Positions 8,271-19,866 of a stretch of 32,000 nt of DNA are shown in pieces. This DNA is from Methylophaga frappieri. GTDB lineage: Bacteria; Pseudomonadota; Gammaproteobacteria; Nitrosococcales; Methylophagaceae. Within the stretch, counting starts at the first letter, position 1. The number at the start of each line of letters is the position of its first letter. The notes below the pieces were generated by a model. That model had not been told where the DNA came from, searched no databases, and worked only from the letters and a program-made list of their open reading frames with translations. Made by a program: the position numbers and the translations under genes. The DNA is taken from NCBI RefSeq assembly GCF_000260965.1, contig NC_017856.1, forward strand, positions 90,001 through 122,000, in the 5' to 3' direction.

Positions 8271-9317
8271 TTATGGCTCCAAAGTTAATTTTAATTGCTC
8301 TAATTCGCGCTTACCTGGAACAGACAGGGTCTGTGGCTTTTCAATGGGCATGGTAAATTCGATGCTAATCGCTTCGCGTCCACCTAGTTCACGCGCCGCT
8401 TCAGCAAACAAGTGATAGGTGCCGGCAGGTAATGCGGCCAGTTCTGCTGCAAACGGTGCCAGATTGATCTTGGCGGTACCTGGTCGACGCGTTGCGCCAG
8501 TTAAGCCATCAATAGGCAAGTCCAGACCACGGCCGGATTTACGCCACCATAAGCGCATATCCTTGAGCCACTTTTCACCCTCATCATCGGCCATCGTGTA
8601 GTCATACCAAACGGCGATATCTAATACCGCATTTTGCTTGGCATCCGCGATCCAAACTGCGACATAAGGTGCGTGGTATTCAGCGACCTTGAGCCGCGGA
8701 ATACTAACTTCAATCTCATTGGCGTGCGCCGTACTTGAGATAAGCACAATGACCGGGATAAACAGTCCTGAAATGACTAATGGCCAGGTTGATTTTCTGA
8801 CCTTGGCGTAGCGTTTTAATAAAATTAACCCTGTAACAGAAAAGAAAATACAGGCCAGTGAGAAAATATCGATAAACCACCCCCATAATTGGTTCGTATT
8901 ACGTGCTTTGTGAAGATCATTGAGATAAGCGATAACACCCCGATCTGTAACCTCTTGATAAAAAAGACCGGTTTCAAGATCGACGGTTAACCATTTATCT
9001 CCACCCGCTCTAGGCATGGCAATATAGAGCTCGTATTCGCTCCACTGAGGACTGACATTGTCGGGTAAAGCCTTGCCGGTCTGTTGCTTGTACCAGGCAA
9101 GAAATCCCTGAGATAGCTGCTGCTGCTTTAGTTGAGCCAACATGGCTTGTGGAAGCTGTGACTCAATTTGTGTGATTTTTGGTTCGCCCTCAATATCTGC
9201 AGCGTGATTTAAGGTAATACCGGTGATCGAAAATAAGAACATGCCAATCAGGCAAATTGCAGAGCTGATCCAATGCAAATTTTTTGCATTAACACTGCGT
9301 GGCAGCTTCAAGTTCAC
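8271..9317 (-). CDS. Fusion protein: PepSY-associated TM region (N-terminal) plus a DUF2271-like periplasmic domain (C-terminal)
   Basis: The N-terminus (KNLHWISSAICLIGMFLFSITGITLNH) plus a second TM helix resembles PepSY_TM proteins. A third hydrophobic segment ending AHA/NE then leads into ...YVAVWIAD...AVWYD...KWLKDMRLWWRKSG..., resembling DUF2271. The start is a GTG and is uncertain. The stop abuts the DUF4198-like ATG. Confidence 0.55.
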   Translation of the reverse strand: MNLKLPRSVNAKNLHWISSAICLIGMFLFSITGITLNHAADIEGEPKITQIESQLPQAMLAQLKQQQLSQGFLAWYKQQTGKALPDNVSPQWSEYELYIAMPRAGGDKWLTVDLETGLFYQEVTDRGVIAYLNDLHKARNTNQLWGWFIDIFSLACIFFSVTGLILLKRYAKVRKSTWPLVISGLFIPVIVLISSTAHANEIEVSIPRLKVAEYHAPYVAVWIADAKQNAVLDIAVWYDYTMADDEGEKWLKDMRLWWRKSGRGLDLPIDGLTGATRRPGTAKINLAPFAAELAALPAGTYHLFAEAARELGGREAISIEFTMPIEKPQTLSVPGKRELEQLKLTLEP

Positions 9318-9452
9318 GTTGTAAGCATCCGTTTTTAAAAGGTAATTTTGAAATAAGATTACAGCAAACTTGAATATTGCTGACGCGTAACTGATTTTTG
9401 TCTTAGTTTAAAACCGCCGGTTAGCCCGAATAGTTTTATAAAAATTGACGGT

Positions 9453-9471
9453 AAATGGCAATCATCTTTAC
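9453..9471 (-). promoter_or_regulatory. Weak candidate Fur box in the 233-bp region upstream of the PepSY/DUF2271 gene
   Basis: AAATGGCAATCATCTTTAC matches about 11 of 16 positions of the AATGATAATCATTATC core. GATAAG/GATGAT hexamers lie nearby on the minus strand. Confidence 0.25.
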
Positions 9472-9550
9472 ATTTACGATCACAACTTATCTTATCTCTA
9501 CCCTTGATGAAATAAATTGCCATCGTGCGGATTGTGCCGGCCGCAAAAAT

Positions 9551-10450
9551 TTAGTCTTGTATTAAATATTCAGCGACCAGTTGATGTGATTCACCGGGCG
9601 ACAGAGTCACACTGTCATCTGCAGCATTAGCTGTTTCAATACAGACGAAACGTTGATAGTCGTCATTGGCCATATCTGCTAAGGAAATAGCCTTTTGCCA
9701 CGGGTTCCAGACCACCGTTGTTTGTGAGCCGGCACTACGAATAAGCAGCTTACGGTTCAGTGAACTGTCTTCAAGAAAGCAGTATGTTGGCGCGTGTAGA
9801 TAGATGCGGTCTGTTTCTGTCACAAACCGAATATTACCTTGTTGTAATTTTTCAGTGAAATCCAGCGTTTTATCCAGGTAATGATGATTATCAAAGCCAC
9901 GAACCTGCGTATTATTGATATCGCCAATTTGAAAGTAACTATGTAATGCCTGAGAAATGGTAAAACTTTCTTTATCCGTGTTGGTCGTGGTTAGTCGCAG
10001 CGTTAAGGATGCGCCAACGATAATGTCCATTTCTAAATGGAAGTCACAATGCCAAAACTGGCGGCTATGGGCATTTGCGGTAAGTTGTAACTTAACCGCA
10101 ACTTCACCCGTGTCTTTTTGGTGTGTGTCAACCACCGTCCAGACCTGATTTCTCGCAAAACCATGAGCCGGCCTACCCTGCCCGCTGGGGTCATCCCCAA
10201 ACCAGGGCCAGCAAATTGGCACGCCCCCTCGAATTGCCTTGGCATCGCCATAAACACTTTGTTCACTGAGGTAAAAGAATTCTTCTTTGTGTGTTGGCTT
10301 ATAAGACAGTACCTGGGCACCATAAAGGGATATCTTCGCCGATGCTGATGGTGTTGTTATCTCAATCATAATGAGACCATTAGGCCCCATTTCAAACCGA
10401 ACTGCCTCGGCCAGCGAAAATTGCTGATTTAATCTATCGATGTCTTGCAT
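9551..10450 (-). CDS. yeaD: D-hexose-6-phosphate mutarotase (aldose 1-epimerase family, YeaD-like)
   Basis: Collinear with E. coli YeaD: IRGGVPICWPWFG, PAHGFARN, ALHSYF, FVCIETA. Confidence 0.85.
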   Translation of the reverse strand: MQDIDRLNQQFSLAEAVRFEMGPNGLIMIEITTPSASAKISLYGAQVLSYKPTHKEEFFYLSEQSVYGDAKAIRGGVPICWPWFGDDPSGQGRPAHGFARNQVWTVVDTHQKDTGEVAVKLQLTANAHSRQFWHCDFHLEMDIIVGASLTLRLTTTNTDKESFTISQALHSYFQIGDINNTQVRGFDNHHYLDKTLDFTEKLQQGNIRFVTETDRIYLHAPTYCFLEDSSLNRKLLIRSAGSQTTVVWNPWQKAISLADMANDDYQRFVCIETANAADDSVTLSPGESHQLVAEYLIQD

Positions 10451-10470
10451 TACTTGTCGATGCCCTAAAC

Positions 10471-10493
10471 AAAAAAGCGGGCACGATGCCCGC
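10471..10493 (-). terminator. Rho-independent terminator after slyD
   Basis: The minus strand reads GCGGGCA-TCG-TGCCCGC followed by TTTTTT. Confidence 0.7.
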
Positions 10494-10517
10494 CTTTAGG
10501 TGATTGTTGTTAACTGA

Positions 10518-11000
10518 TTAGTGCTGTTGGCCACCTTCACCATGGACATGGCCATGTTCCAACTCTTCTTGCGTCGCTTCGCGGACTTCACGCACGTTGA
10601 CATCAAAATTCAAATGTACGCCGGCCAAGGGATGATTCCCATCGACCGTGATAGTTTTGTCACCGACTTCGGTTACCGTAACCAAAACAGGGCCTTGTTC
10701 AGTTTCTGATTGGAACTGCATGCCGACTTCGACTTTGTCAACGCCACTAAATAACTCGGCCGGGACTTCTTGCTTTAATGCTTCATGACGCTCGCCATAG
10801 GCATTTGCCGGTTCGATGCTGGCTTTAACTTCATCACCTGCTTCTTTACCAGCCAGGGCCGTTTCAAGCCCAGGAATAATATTGCCAGCACCATGCAAAT
10901 AAGCCAGCGGCCCTGCACCTTCAGAGCTATCAATAACCTGACCTTCATTGTTGGTGAGCGTGTAGTCGATAACGACAACCGCATTATCTGCAACTTTCAT
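10518..11000 (-). CDS. slyD: FKBP-type peptidyl-prolyl isomerase SlyD with a short His-rich tail
   Basis: MKVADNAVVVIDYTL... is collinear with SlyD (FKBP plus IF domain). The C-terminus is HGHVHGEGGQQH. Confidence 0.9.
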   Translation of the reverse strand: MKVADNAVVVIDYTLTNNEGQVIDSSEGAGPLAYLHGAGNIIPGLETALAGKEAGDEVKASIEPANAYGERHEALKQEVPAELFSGVDKVEVGMQFQSETEQGPVLVTVTEVGDKTITVDGNHPLAGVHLNFDVNVREVREATQEELEHGHVHGEGGQQH

Positions 11001-11009
11001 AAATTCTCC

Positions 11010-12263
11010 TTACATATATTGGATAACAGCTGCAGCATAATCACTACAACTCAGCGCATCGACACCCATCGCAGATGCCAGGTCACCGGTGACCTGCGCA
11101 TTGGCAATGGCGCCAGAAACGCCAGAAACGACTTTGTCAGCAGCTTCAACCCAGCCTAAATGCCGTAATAACATTTCAGCGGACAAAATCAACGAGGAAG
11201 GGTTAGCCAGGTTTTTGCCAGCAAGTGCCGGTGCCGTACCATGCGTCGCTTCAAACATACCGATGGTATCGGACAAATTAGCCCCCGGAGCAATACCAAT
11301 ACCGCCTACCTGCGCGGCTAGCGCATCCGAAATGTAATCGCCATTCAAGTTGAGTGTGGCGACAACATCATAGTCGGCTGGGTGCAATAATATCTCTTGC
11401 AGAAACGCATCCGCTATGGCGTCTTTAACGACAATTTGTTTGCCGGTATTCGGATTCTTGAATGTTTTCCATGGACCACCATCCAATGGGCTGGCTGCAA
11501 ATTCGCGTTCAGCCAAATCATAACCCCATTGTTTAAAGCCACCCTCGGTGAACTTCATGATATTTCCTTTGTGAACCAGTGTCACAGAGTCACGATCATT
11601 GTCGATAGCATATTGAATTGCTTTGCGAACCAAGCGTTCCGTTCCTTCTTTAGACACAGGCTTAATGCCAATGCCAGAAGTATCAGGAAAACGAATTTTG
11701 TTGACCCCCATCTCATTTTGTAAAAACGAAATGAGTTTGCTGACTTCTGGCGTGCCTGCTGCCCACTCAATACCGGCATAGATATCTTCGGAGTTTTCTC
11801 TGAAGATAACCATATCAATCGCTTCAGGCTGCCTGACCGGGCTTGGCGTACCGGCATAATACCGAACTGGACGCTGACAAACATACAAATCCAGTGTTTG
11901 TCTGAGTGCGACGTTTAACGAACGAATTCCGCCGCCAACTGGTGTGGTCAGAGGGCCTTTTATCGAAACCGCATATTCGCGCAGCGCCTCCATGGTTTCT
12001 TCAGGTAACCAGGTATCTTTGTCATAGACAGTCGTGGCTTTTTCACCGGCATACACTTCCATCCAGGCAATTTGACGTTTACCGCCGTAAGCCTTCTCAA
12101 CAGCTGCATTTACAACGGAAAGCATCGCTGGCGTGATATCAACACCGATACCATCACCTTCAATATAAGGAATAATTGGCTGATCCGGAACGTTCAGTGA
12201 AAAGTCGGTATTACTGGAAATTGCCTGTCCCTGATCCGGTACACTGATATGCTGATACGCCAT
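11010..12263 (-). CDS. icd: NADP-dependent isocitrate dehydrogenase
   Basis: 417 aa, collinear with E. coli Icd along its full length ([33 protein letters not shown]). Confidence 0.95.
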   Translation of the reverse strand: MAYQHISVPDQGQAISSNTDFSLNVPDQPIIPYIEGDGIGVDITPAMLSVVNAAVEKAYGGKRQIAWMEVYAGEKATTVYDKDTWLPEETMEALREYAVSIKGPLTTPVGGGIRSLNVALRQTLDLYVCQRPVRYYAGTPSPVRQPEAIDMVIFRENSEDIYAGIEWAAGTPEVSKLISFLQNEMGVNKIRFPDTSGIGIKPVSKEGTERLVRKAIQYAIDNDRDSVTLVHKGNIMKFTEGGFKQWGYDLAEREFAASPLDGGPWKTFKNPNTGKQIVVKDAIADAFLQEILLHPADYDVVATLNLNGDYISDALAAQVGGIGIAPGANLSDTIGMFEATHGTAPALAGKNLANPSSLILSAEMLLRHLGWVEAADKVVSGVSGAIANAQVTGDLASAMGVDALSCSDYAAAVIQYM

Positions 12264-12324
12264 TCACGCAGCTCCTGAGAGAAAAAAACGTGTATTTTAG
12301 CATCATCCAAGCGGTTTCATCATC

Positions 12325-13023
12325 ATGCCAAAGTTAATCGCCTTTAATAAACCGTATGATGTGTTATGCCAATTCAGCGATGATCTGAACCGTACCACCC
12401 TGAAAGCGTATTTGGATATACCGGACGTTTATGCTGCTGGCCGGTTAGACCGAGATAGTGAAGGCTTATTGCTATTGACTGATAATGGGAAGTGGCAACA
12501 ACAGATAACGAACCCAAGCCAAAGAATGCCGAAAACCTATTGGGTTCAGGTTGAAAATATTCCCGAACAGCAAGCCCTGAATCAATTAGAACAAGGCGTT
12601 CTTTTAAAAGATGGCCTCACACTGCCAGCGCAGGTTCGATTGATTGATGAACCGGCAGTCTGGTCAAGATGTCCTCCGGTTCGATTTCGGCAGCACATTC
12701 CAACGCAATGGCTTGAAATCATTATTCATGAAGGAAAAAACCGCCAAGTAAGACGGATGACAGCAGCGGTCGGTCACCCTACGCTTCGCTTAATCCGTGT
12801 GGCCATTGGTCCATGGGCTCTAGGTGAATTATTACCGGGTCAGTGGTGTCAAGTTGAAGCAAACTCCGTGTTAAAATATAAAGATGATTTGGACTCCCAG
12901 AACCACCGTCGCCGCCGTCATCGAGCACGACCAACAATTCCTGATGGTAGAAGAACGCATCGGCAGCGCCGTGCGTCTGAATCAACCCGCAGGTCACCTC
13001 GAAGACAACGAAAGTCTGATTGA
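12325..13023 (+). CDS. rluE: 23S rRNA pseudouridine synthase RluE, with an unusual Arg-rich C-terminal extension that overlaps nudJ
   Basis: [13 protein letters not shown], the [17 protein letters not shown] catalytic Asp motif and GKNRQVRRM are present. The ORF has no stop until 13023. Confidence 0.8.
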   Translation: MPKLIAFNKPYDVLCQFSDDLNRTTLKAYLDIPDVYAAGRLDRDSEGLLLLTDNGKWQQQITNPSQRMPKTYWVQVENIPEQQALNQLEQGVLLKDGLTLPAQVRLIDEPAVWSRCPPVRFRQHIPTQWLEIIIHEGKNRQVRRMTAAVGHPTLRLIRVAIGPWALGELLPGQWCQVEANSVLKYKDDLDSQNHRRRRHRARPTIPDGRRTHRQRRASESTRRSPRRQRKSD

Positions 13024-13321
13024 AGCCGTTATTCGTGAAACACGCGAAGAAACGGCCTGGCAATTTCAACCCGAGGCGTTGGTTGGTATTTATCGTTGGC
13101 GACATGCCGTCTCTCAGGAAACCTACGTTCGCTTCTGTTTCACTGGACATTTAGGTGTATTTTTGGATACGCCACTGGATCCAGACATAACTCGGGCAGT
13201 TTGGCTGGATACGACGGCTTTAACAGAGCGCACAGCAGAGTTTCGCAGCCCGCTTGTTGCGCAATGTTGGCAAGACTACCTTGCTGGCAAACGTTATCCC
13301 CTTGATTTATTGAACGAATAA
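12884..13321 (+). CDS. nudJ: NUDIX hydrolase (NudJ-like)
   Basis: Nudix box [23 protein letters not shown]. Collinear with E. coli NudJ and in the same rluE-nudJ-mnmA position. Confidence 0.75.
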   Translation: MIWTPRTTVAAVIEHDQQFLMVEERIGSAVRLNQPAGHLEDNESLIEAVIRETREETAWQFQPEALVGIYRWRHAVSQETYVRFCFTGHLGVFLDTPLDPDITRAVWLDTTALTERTAEFRSPLVAQCWQDYLAGKRYPLDLLNE

Positions 13322-13323
13322 CT

Positions 13324-14427
13324 ATGGTGCAAAAACAAAAAGTAGTCGTTGGTTTGTCCGGCGGTGTCGACTCTTCTGTATCCGCTTTATTACTAAAACA
13401 ACAAGCGTATGACGTAGAAGGCCTGTTTATGAAAAACTGGGTCGACTTTGCTGATGAGAGTGAATGCACCATCGAAGAAGATCGCAAAGATGCCTTGTCT
13501 GTTGCAGATAAGGTAGGCATTCCATTTCATGAAGCGAATTTCGCCATGGAATATTGGGATTTTGTCTTTAAGCATTTTCTTGATGAATATCAGGCTGGCC
13601 GAACGCCCAACCCAGATATTCTGTGCAACCGTGAGATCAAGTTCAAAGCCTTTCTGGATCATGCCATGGCATTGGGTGGTTACCTGATTGCGACCGGGCA
13701 TTATGCGCGAGTACGAGAAGTTGATGGTGAATTTCAATTATTGAAAGGTCTGGATGGCAATAAAGATCAAAGCTACTTTCTTTATACCCTCGGTCAGGCA
13801 CAACTCTCCCGAACCCTGTTCCCTCTTGGTGAATTACCAAAAACCGAAGTTCGTCAGATTGCTGACAAAGCTGGTTTTATCACTGCCGATAAAAAGGACA
13901 GCACCGGCATCTGTTTTATTGGCGAACGACGTTTTCGAGAGTTTCTCAGCCGTTATATTCCGGCTAAACCCGGTGAAATGCGAACACCAGAAGGTGATTT
14001 GATTGGCGAACATATCGGTCTGATGTATTACACCTTAGGACAACGACAGGGGCTGGGTATTGGTGGCCGGCCAAATAGTACCGGTGAGCCTTGGTTTGTT
14101 GCCGGTAAGGATATGGAAACCCGAACCTTATATGTTGTTCAAGGCGATCATGAATGGCTCTACAGTGATCAACTCATCGCTGAACAACTTTCCTGGGTGG
14201 CGGGTAACCCCCCAAGCTTGCCATGTCGTGCCACCGCAAAAACGCGTTATCGGCAACCTGATCAAGACTGCGTCATTGATCAGAATTCGCAAGGACAAAT
14301 TGTGGTGACTTTTGATGATAAACAACGTGCCGTGACGCCTGGCCAATCTGTGGTTTTTTATCAAGATGCCGTTTGTCTTGGTGGTGGCATTATTATTCAA
14401 ACCAATGCACCGGGCGTGCATCCATGA
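13324..14427 (+). CDS. mnmA: tRNA 2-thiouridine(34) synthase
   Basis: PP-loop [10 protein letters not shown] with full-length collinearity to MnmA. Confidence 0.95.
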   Translation: MVQKQKVVVGLSGGVDSSVSALLLKQQAYDVEGLFMKNWVDFADESECTIEEDRKDALSVADKVGIPFHEANFAMEYWDFVFKHFLDEYQAGRTPNPDILCNREIKFKAFLDHAMALGGYLIATGHYARVREVDGEFQLLKGLDGNKDQSYFLYTLGQAQLSRTLFPLGELPKTEVRQIADKAGFITADKKDSTGICFIGERRFREFLSRYIPAKPGEMRTPEGDLIGEHIGLMYYTLGQRQGLGIGGRPNSTGEPWFVAGKDMETRTLYVVQGDHEWLYSDQLIAEQLSWVAGNPPSLPCRATAKTRYRQPDQDCVIDQNSQGQIVVTFDDKQRAVTPGQSVVFYQDAVCLGGGIIIQTNAPGVHP

Positions 14428-15056
14428 GTCAAGTTGATGCTTATACCGATCGCGCCTTGGCTTTGGCAGCTGTTTTGCAATCAGTTGGATTAGTACAACA
14501 AATAGCGGACACCGGCCAGGTTAATCAGGATGAATTAAGCACGCTGCTACAGAGCCTCATTGCCATCGAAGCCGAAAACACCGCTGCGGTTTATGGTGGC
14601 GTGGCCAAATTACAAAATGGTTTACGACAACTGAATCAGCAGTTATCCAAGAAAAAAACACCGCAAGACATCATACTGATTCGTTATAGCATTACCTTGG
14701 TTCATCTTGAGCGAAAGCTGGCCAAACGCCCCGATATGCTAGCCACTATACGCAAAGAAATTGAGCAATTACCCCAACATCTTGCTTATTTTGATGACAT
14801 TACCAGTCCGCAAGTTATCGCCCGATTTGCTGGCATTTACGAGCGGACTATCAGTGAATTGTCACCTCGTATTCAAGTGTTAGGTGAGGCCAGTCACCTG
14901 CAACAACCCGATAATGTTAATAAGGTTCGGGCCCTACTACTCTGTGGTATTCGCGCTGCCGTGTTATGGCGACAAAAAGGCGGTAATCGCTGGCAGCTAA
15001 TGTTTGCCAGCAATAAGTTGCTAAAGGCGTCTACAGCGCTGTTGCAGTCTTTGTAA
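14424..15056 (+). CDS. hflD: High frequency of lysogenization protein HflD homologue
   Basis: I chose the start at the ATGA overlap with the mnmA stop ([20 protein letters not shown]...). Collinear with E. coli HflD ([23 protein letters not shown]). Confidence 0.8.
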   Translation: MSQVDAYTDRALALAAVLQSVGLVQQIADTGQVNQDELSTLLQSLIAIEAENTAAVYGGVAKLQNGLRQLNQQLSKKKTPQDIILIRYSITLVHLERKLAKRPDMLATIRKEIEQLPQHLAYFDDITSPQVIARFAGIYERTISELSPRIQVLGEASHLQQPDNVNKVRALLLCGIRAAVLWRQKGGNRWQLMFASNKLLKASTALLQSL

Positions 15057-15756
15057 ATTGTGCTTTAGATAGCGTCAAGAATAGCGCTGTTGATAAGCCT
15101 GCTGAACCAAAAATCATGCACATTACGACAATTTGATATTGCGCAGCGATAACTGGCGAAACCCCGGACAAAATCTGCCCTGTCATCATGCCCGGAAGAG
15201 AAACGAGGCCAACCGCCAATAAGGCATTAATTTGCGGAATAAAAGCCGCTTGAAAGGCGGCAATTCGTGCTTTATCGAAAGTAACACCATGTTGTAATTC
15301 ATTGTGCAGACGCTCTACCGCCAAACTGATACAGTTCATCGCGTTGGCGAAAATCATCCCTGCCAGTGGAATCATATAACTAGGCTGAAACCAAGGGTCC
15401 AATTGAATCACGCCCTGCGTGACCAGCGCCAGAGTTACGCCACCGCCTACCAAAATCGCCAAAAAGGTTTGCGCCAATAAATTTTTGCGATTGAACGTCG
15501 TCGTATTGAGGGCAATCCAACTGGCGGCGCCAACCATCACCAGCATGACGAGCATGACAATACCAGCCTGCTCGGCAGCAAAAATGGTGCTTAACAGATA
15601 GCCCACCAATAAAAGTTGTACCAGCATTCGGCTGACCGCTATTAAGGCTTTTTGCCAATCCATTGTCCACCTGATCAGTACAACAAAGACCAATAAAACG
15701 GGAATAAAGGCAATCGCTAGGTTAATCATCGGAATCGGTGCGACAGTCTGGCTCAT
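15031..15756 (-). CDS. fetB: UPF0014/FetB(YbbM)-family ABC-type permease, with no adjacent ATPase gene
   Basis: Collinear with E. coli FetB: QLLLVGYLL, PLAGMIFANAMN, GLVSLPGMMTGQILSG, AAQYQIVVM. Confidence 0.7.
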   Translation of the reverse strand: MSQTVAPIPMINLAIAFIPVLLVFVVLIRWTMDWQKALIAVSRMLVQLLLVGYLLSTIFAAEQAGIVMLVMLVMVGAASWIALNTTTFNRKNLLAQTFLAILVGGGVTLALVTQGVIQLDPWFQPSYMIPLAGMIFANAMNCISLAVERLHNELQHGVTFDKARIAAFQAAFIPQINALLAVGLVSLPGMMTGQILSGVSPVIAAQYQIVVMCMIFGSAGLSTALFLTLSKAQFTKTATAL

Positions 15757-15774
15757 TGCTGGGCGATCTCTCTA

Positions 15775-15810
15775 TAAAAAATAAGGCCGCCTCTTTGCAG
15801 AGACGGCCTT
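15775..15810 (-). terminator. Strong rho-independent terminator after acnB
   Basis: The minus strand reads AAGGCCGTCTCT-GCAA-AGAGGCGGCCTT, a 12-bp stem with a tetraloop, followed by ATTTTTTAT. Confidence 0.75.
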
Positions 15811-15834
15811 GTAATTAAAGCAAATCCGACGATA

Positions 15835-18372
15835 TCACTCTGATACCGCCTGTTTGTACTCTTCCAACTCGTGGAAATTCAAATAACGATAGATTTCATC
15901 CGCCATGGGCTGAATACCAGCCACTTTTTCCATGTATTCCGCCACTGTTGGCAGCCTGCCCATACTGGCAACGACAGCCGCCAATTCGGCTGAAGACAAA
16001 TAGACGTCAGCGCCATTACCCAAGCGATTTGGAAAGTTTCGGGTTGAGGTTGAGACCACTTTTGCATTATCTGCCACCCTGGCCTGGTTACCCATACACA
16101 AGGAACAGCCTGGCGTTTCGGTACGCGCGCCGACGCGGCCGAAAGTGCTGTAAATGCCCTCTTCGGTTAACTGATGTTTATCCATCTTGGTTGGCGGCGC
16201 CACCCAAAGTTTGACTGGCAAGTTGCCCATATTTTCCAGCACTTTACCTGCCGCCCGATAATGACCGATATTCGTCATACACGATCCAATGAATACCTCA
16301 TCAATGTTCTCACCTGCGAGTTCTGACAAAGGCTTAATGTCATCTGGGTCATTAGGACATGCCAGCAATGGCTCAGTAATTTCATTCAAATCAATTTCAA
16401 TGATGGCAGCGTAATCAGCGTCGTCATCAGGCGCCATTAACTGCGGGTCATCTAGCCAGGCTTTCATGGCATCGATACGACGTTGCAAGGTTCTGGCATC
16501 CGCATAGCCTTCCGCAATCATCCATTCCATTAAAGCAATATTGGAATGCATAAACTCAATAATCGGTTCTTTATTGAGATGTACCGTACAACCGTTAGCA
16601 CTCCGCTCAGCGGAAGCATCCGATAATTCAAAGGCCTGCTCTACTTTCAGGTCGGGTAGCCCTTCAATCTCTAACACCCGACCATTAAAAATATTCTTCT
16701 TGCCTTTTTTCTCAACGGTTAATAAACCTTGTTGTATGGCTGCATAAGGAATGGCATTAACCAGATCCCGCAAGGTAATGCCCGGTTGCATTTCACCTTT
16801 AAATCGGACCAGAACCGACTCTGGCATATCCAGTGGCATTACGCCTAATGCCGCTGCAAACGCAACTAAGCCAGAACCTGCCGGAAAGCTGATACCGATA
16901 GGAAAACGGGTATGAGAATCTCCCCCCGTTCCAACCGTGTCGGGCAGAATCATCCGGTTCAGCCAGGAGTGAATAACGCCATCTCCAGGCCGAAGTGACA
17001 CCCCACCACGGGTACTGATAAATTCAGGCAATTCATGCTGTAATTTAATATCAACCGGTTTGGGATAAGCAGCAGTGTGACAGAATGACTGCATCACTAA
17101 ATCTGCCGAGAACCCCAGACAAGCCAGCTCTTTCAACTCATCCCGCGTCATTGCGCCGGTGGTATCTTGTGAACCCACTGTCGTTACTTTCGGCTCGCAA
17201 TAAGCTCCCGGTCTAACCCCTTTAACACCACAGGCACGACCAACCATTTTTTGTGCCAAGGTAAACCCTTTATCGCTATGCACCGGTTCTACAGGACGTC
17301 GGAACACCGTTGACGGCGATAAACCAAGGGTTTCTCTGGCTTTATCAGTTAAGCCACGACCAATAATTAAAGGAATACGACCACCCGCCCGAACTTCATC
17401 GGCAAGCGTTGTTGGTTTTAACGTAAACTCCGATAAAACCTGACCATCGGCATTCACGATTTGACCTTCGTACGGTTTGATGATGATCACGTCACCGGTT
17501 TCTAACTGATCAACGTTACATTCAATCGGCAACGCACCAGAATCTTCGGCGGTGTTAAAGAAAATTGGGGCAATATTATTACCGAGAATAACGCCGCCTT
17601 GTCGCTTGTTAGGCACATAGTCAACATCATGCCCCATGTGCCATAAGACAGAGTTGATCGCTGACTTACGGGAAGAGCCGGTACCAACCACGTCACCCAC
17701 ATAGGCTAGCGGATAGCCTTTTTCTTTTAAGGTCGCGATTGTCTCTAATGCACCAGGCATTTTACTGACTAACATGGCCTTTGCATGCAGTGGAATATCA
17801 GGACGACTCCAGGCTTCGGTCGCAGGAGACAAATCATCTGTATTTGTTTCACCCGGCACTTTGAAGACCGTCACCGTAATTTCTTCAGGTAATTGCGGCC
17901 GACTGGTAAACCACTCTGCTTCAGCCCAGGAAGCTAAAACATTTTTAGCGTGTTGGTTGCTTTCTGCTTTTTCGACGACATCATGATAGGCATCATAGAC
18001 CATGACGGTTTTGGTTAACGCTTTTTCGGCCGCATCCGCAGTTTGCTCGTTATCCAGTAACGCAATTAATGGTGCAATATTATAGCCGCCCATCATTGTG
18101 CCAAGTAACTCGGTCGCCCGAACCGGATCAATAAACTCACACGCCGTTTCCCCTTTAGCGACATCAGCAAGGAAACTGGCTTTAACATAAGCCGCTTTAT
18201 CCACACCAGGTGGTACGCGGTGAATTAATAAAGACAAAACAACTTCCGTTTCGTCTGTCTTGGGTTGTTTTAATTGTTCAACGATCGCTGATACCTGAAC
18301 TGCATCCAATGGTAATGGCGGCAGACCTTCAGCGGCTCGTTCTTCAACATGTTTTTGATATTCTTCTAGCAC
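15835..18372 (-). CDS. acnB: Aconitate hydratase B / 2-methylisocitrate dehydratase
   Basis: The 845-aa ORF is collinear with E. coli AcnB from MLEEY.KHV.ERAAEG through the [11 protein letters not shown] cluster ligands. Confidence 0.95.
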   Translation of the reverse strand: MLEEYQKHVEERAAEGLPPLPLDAVQVSAIVEQLKQPKTDETEVVLSLLIHRVPPGVDKAAYVKASFLADVAKGETACEFIDPVRATELLGTMMGGYNIAPLIALLDNEQTADAAEKALTKTVMVYDAYHDVVEKAESNQHAKNVLASWAEAEWFTSRPQLPEEITVTVFKVPGETNTDDLSPATEAWSRPDIPLHAKAMLVSKMPGALETIATLKEKGYPLAYVGDVVGTGSSRKSAINSVLWHMGHDVDYVPNKRQGGVILGNNIAPIFFNTAEDSGALPIECNVDQLETGDVIIIKPYEGQIVNADGQVLSEFTLKPTTLADEVRAGGRIPLIIGRGLTDKARETLGLSPSTVFRRPVEPVHSDKGFTLAQKMVGRACGVKGVRPGAYCEPKVTTVGSQDTTGAMTRDELKELACLGFSADLVMQSFCHTAAYPKPVDIKLQHELPEFISTRGGVSLRPGDGVIHSWLNRMILPDTVGTGGDSHTRFPIGISFPAGSGLVAFAAALGVMPLDMPESVLVRFKGEMQPGITLRDLVNAIPYAAIQQGLLTVEKKGKKNIFNGRVLEIEGLPDLKVEQAFELSDASAERSANGCTVHLNKEPIIEFMHSNIALMEWMIAEGYADARTLQRRIDAMKAWLDDPQLMAPDDDADYAAIIEIDLNEITEPLLACPNDPDDIKPLSELAGENIDEVFIGSCMTNIGHYRAAGKVLENMGNLPVKLWVAPPTKMDKHQLTEEGIYSTFGRVGARTETPGCSLCMGNQARVADNAKVVSTSTRNFPNRLGNGADVYLSSAELAAVVASMGRLPTVAEYMEKVAGIQPMADEIYRYLNFHELEEYKQAVSE

Positions 18373-18452
18373 GCGATTTGCTCCACGATTGATTCTCTGA
18401 CTTTACCTATTTTACCGTAACCAGCGATAAACGCCGAATTCAATAGCAGTTC

Positions 18453-18461
18453 TGCTATAAT
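18453..18461 (+). promoter_or_regulatory. Candidate extended -10 promoter for purB
   Basis: TGcTATAAT lies about 38 nt upstream of the purB ATG, with a GGAG Shine-Dalgarno at 18490-18493. I see no good -35. Confidence 0.35.
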
Positions 18462-18477
18462 TTTTTCTAAAATTTAG

Positions 18478-19865
<1,388 letters not shown>

Positions 19866-19866
<1 letters not shown>

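Noticed and set aside
10785-11159. 124-aa plus-strand ORF antisense to slyD and icd, and similar antisense ORFs at 11089-11337, 11397-11723 and 11906-12136
   Set aside because: These are shadow ORFs opposite genes with full-length, unambiguous homology. They have no start-site signals or recognisable motifs.
12779-13520. Minus-strand ORFs of 123 aa and 126 aa opposite rluE, nudJ and mnmA
   Set aside because: They are antisense to strongly supported genes, low-complexity and without homology.
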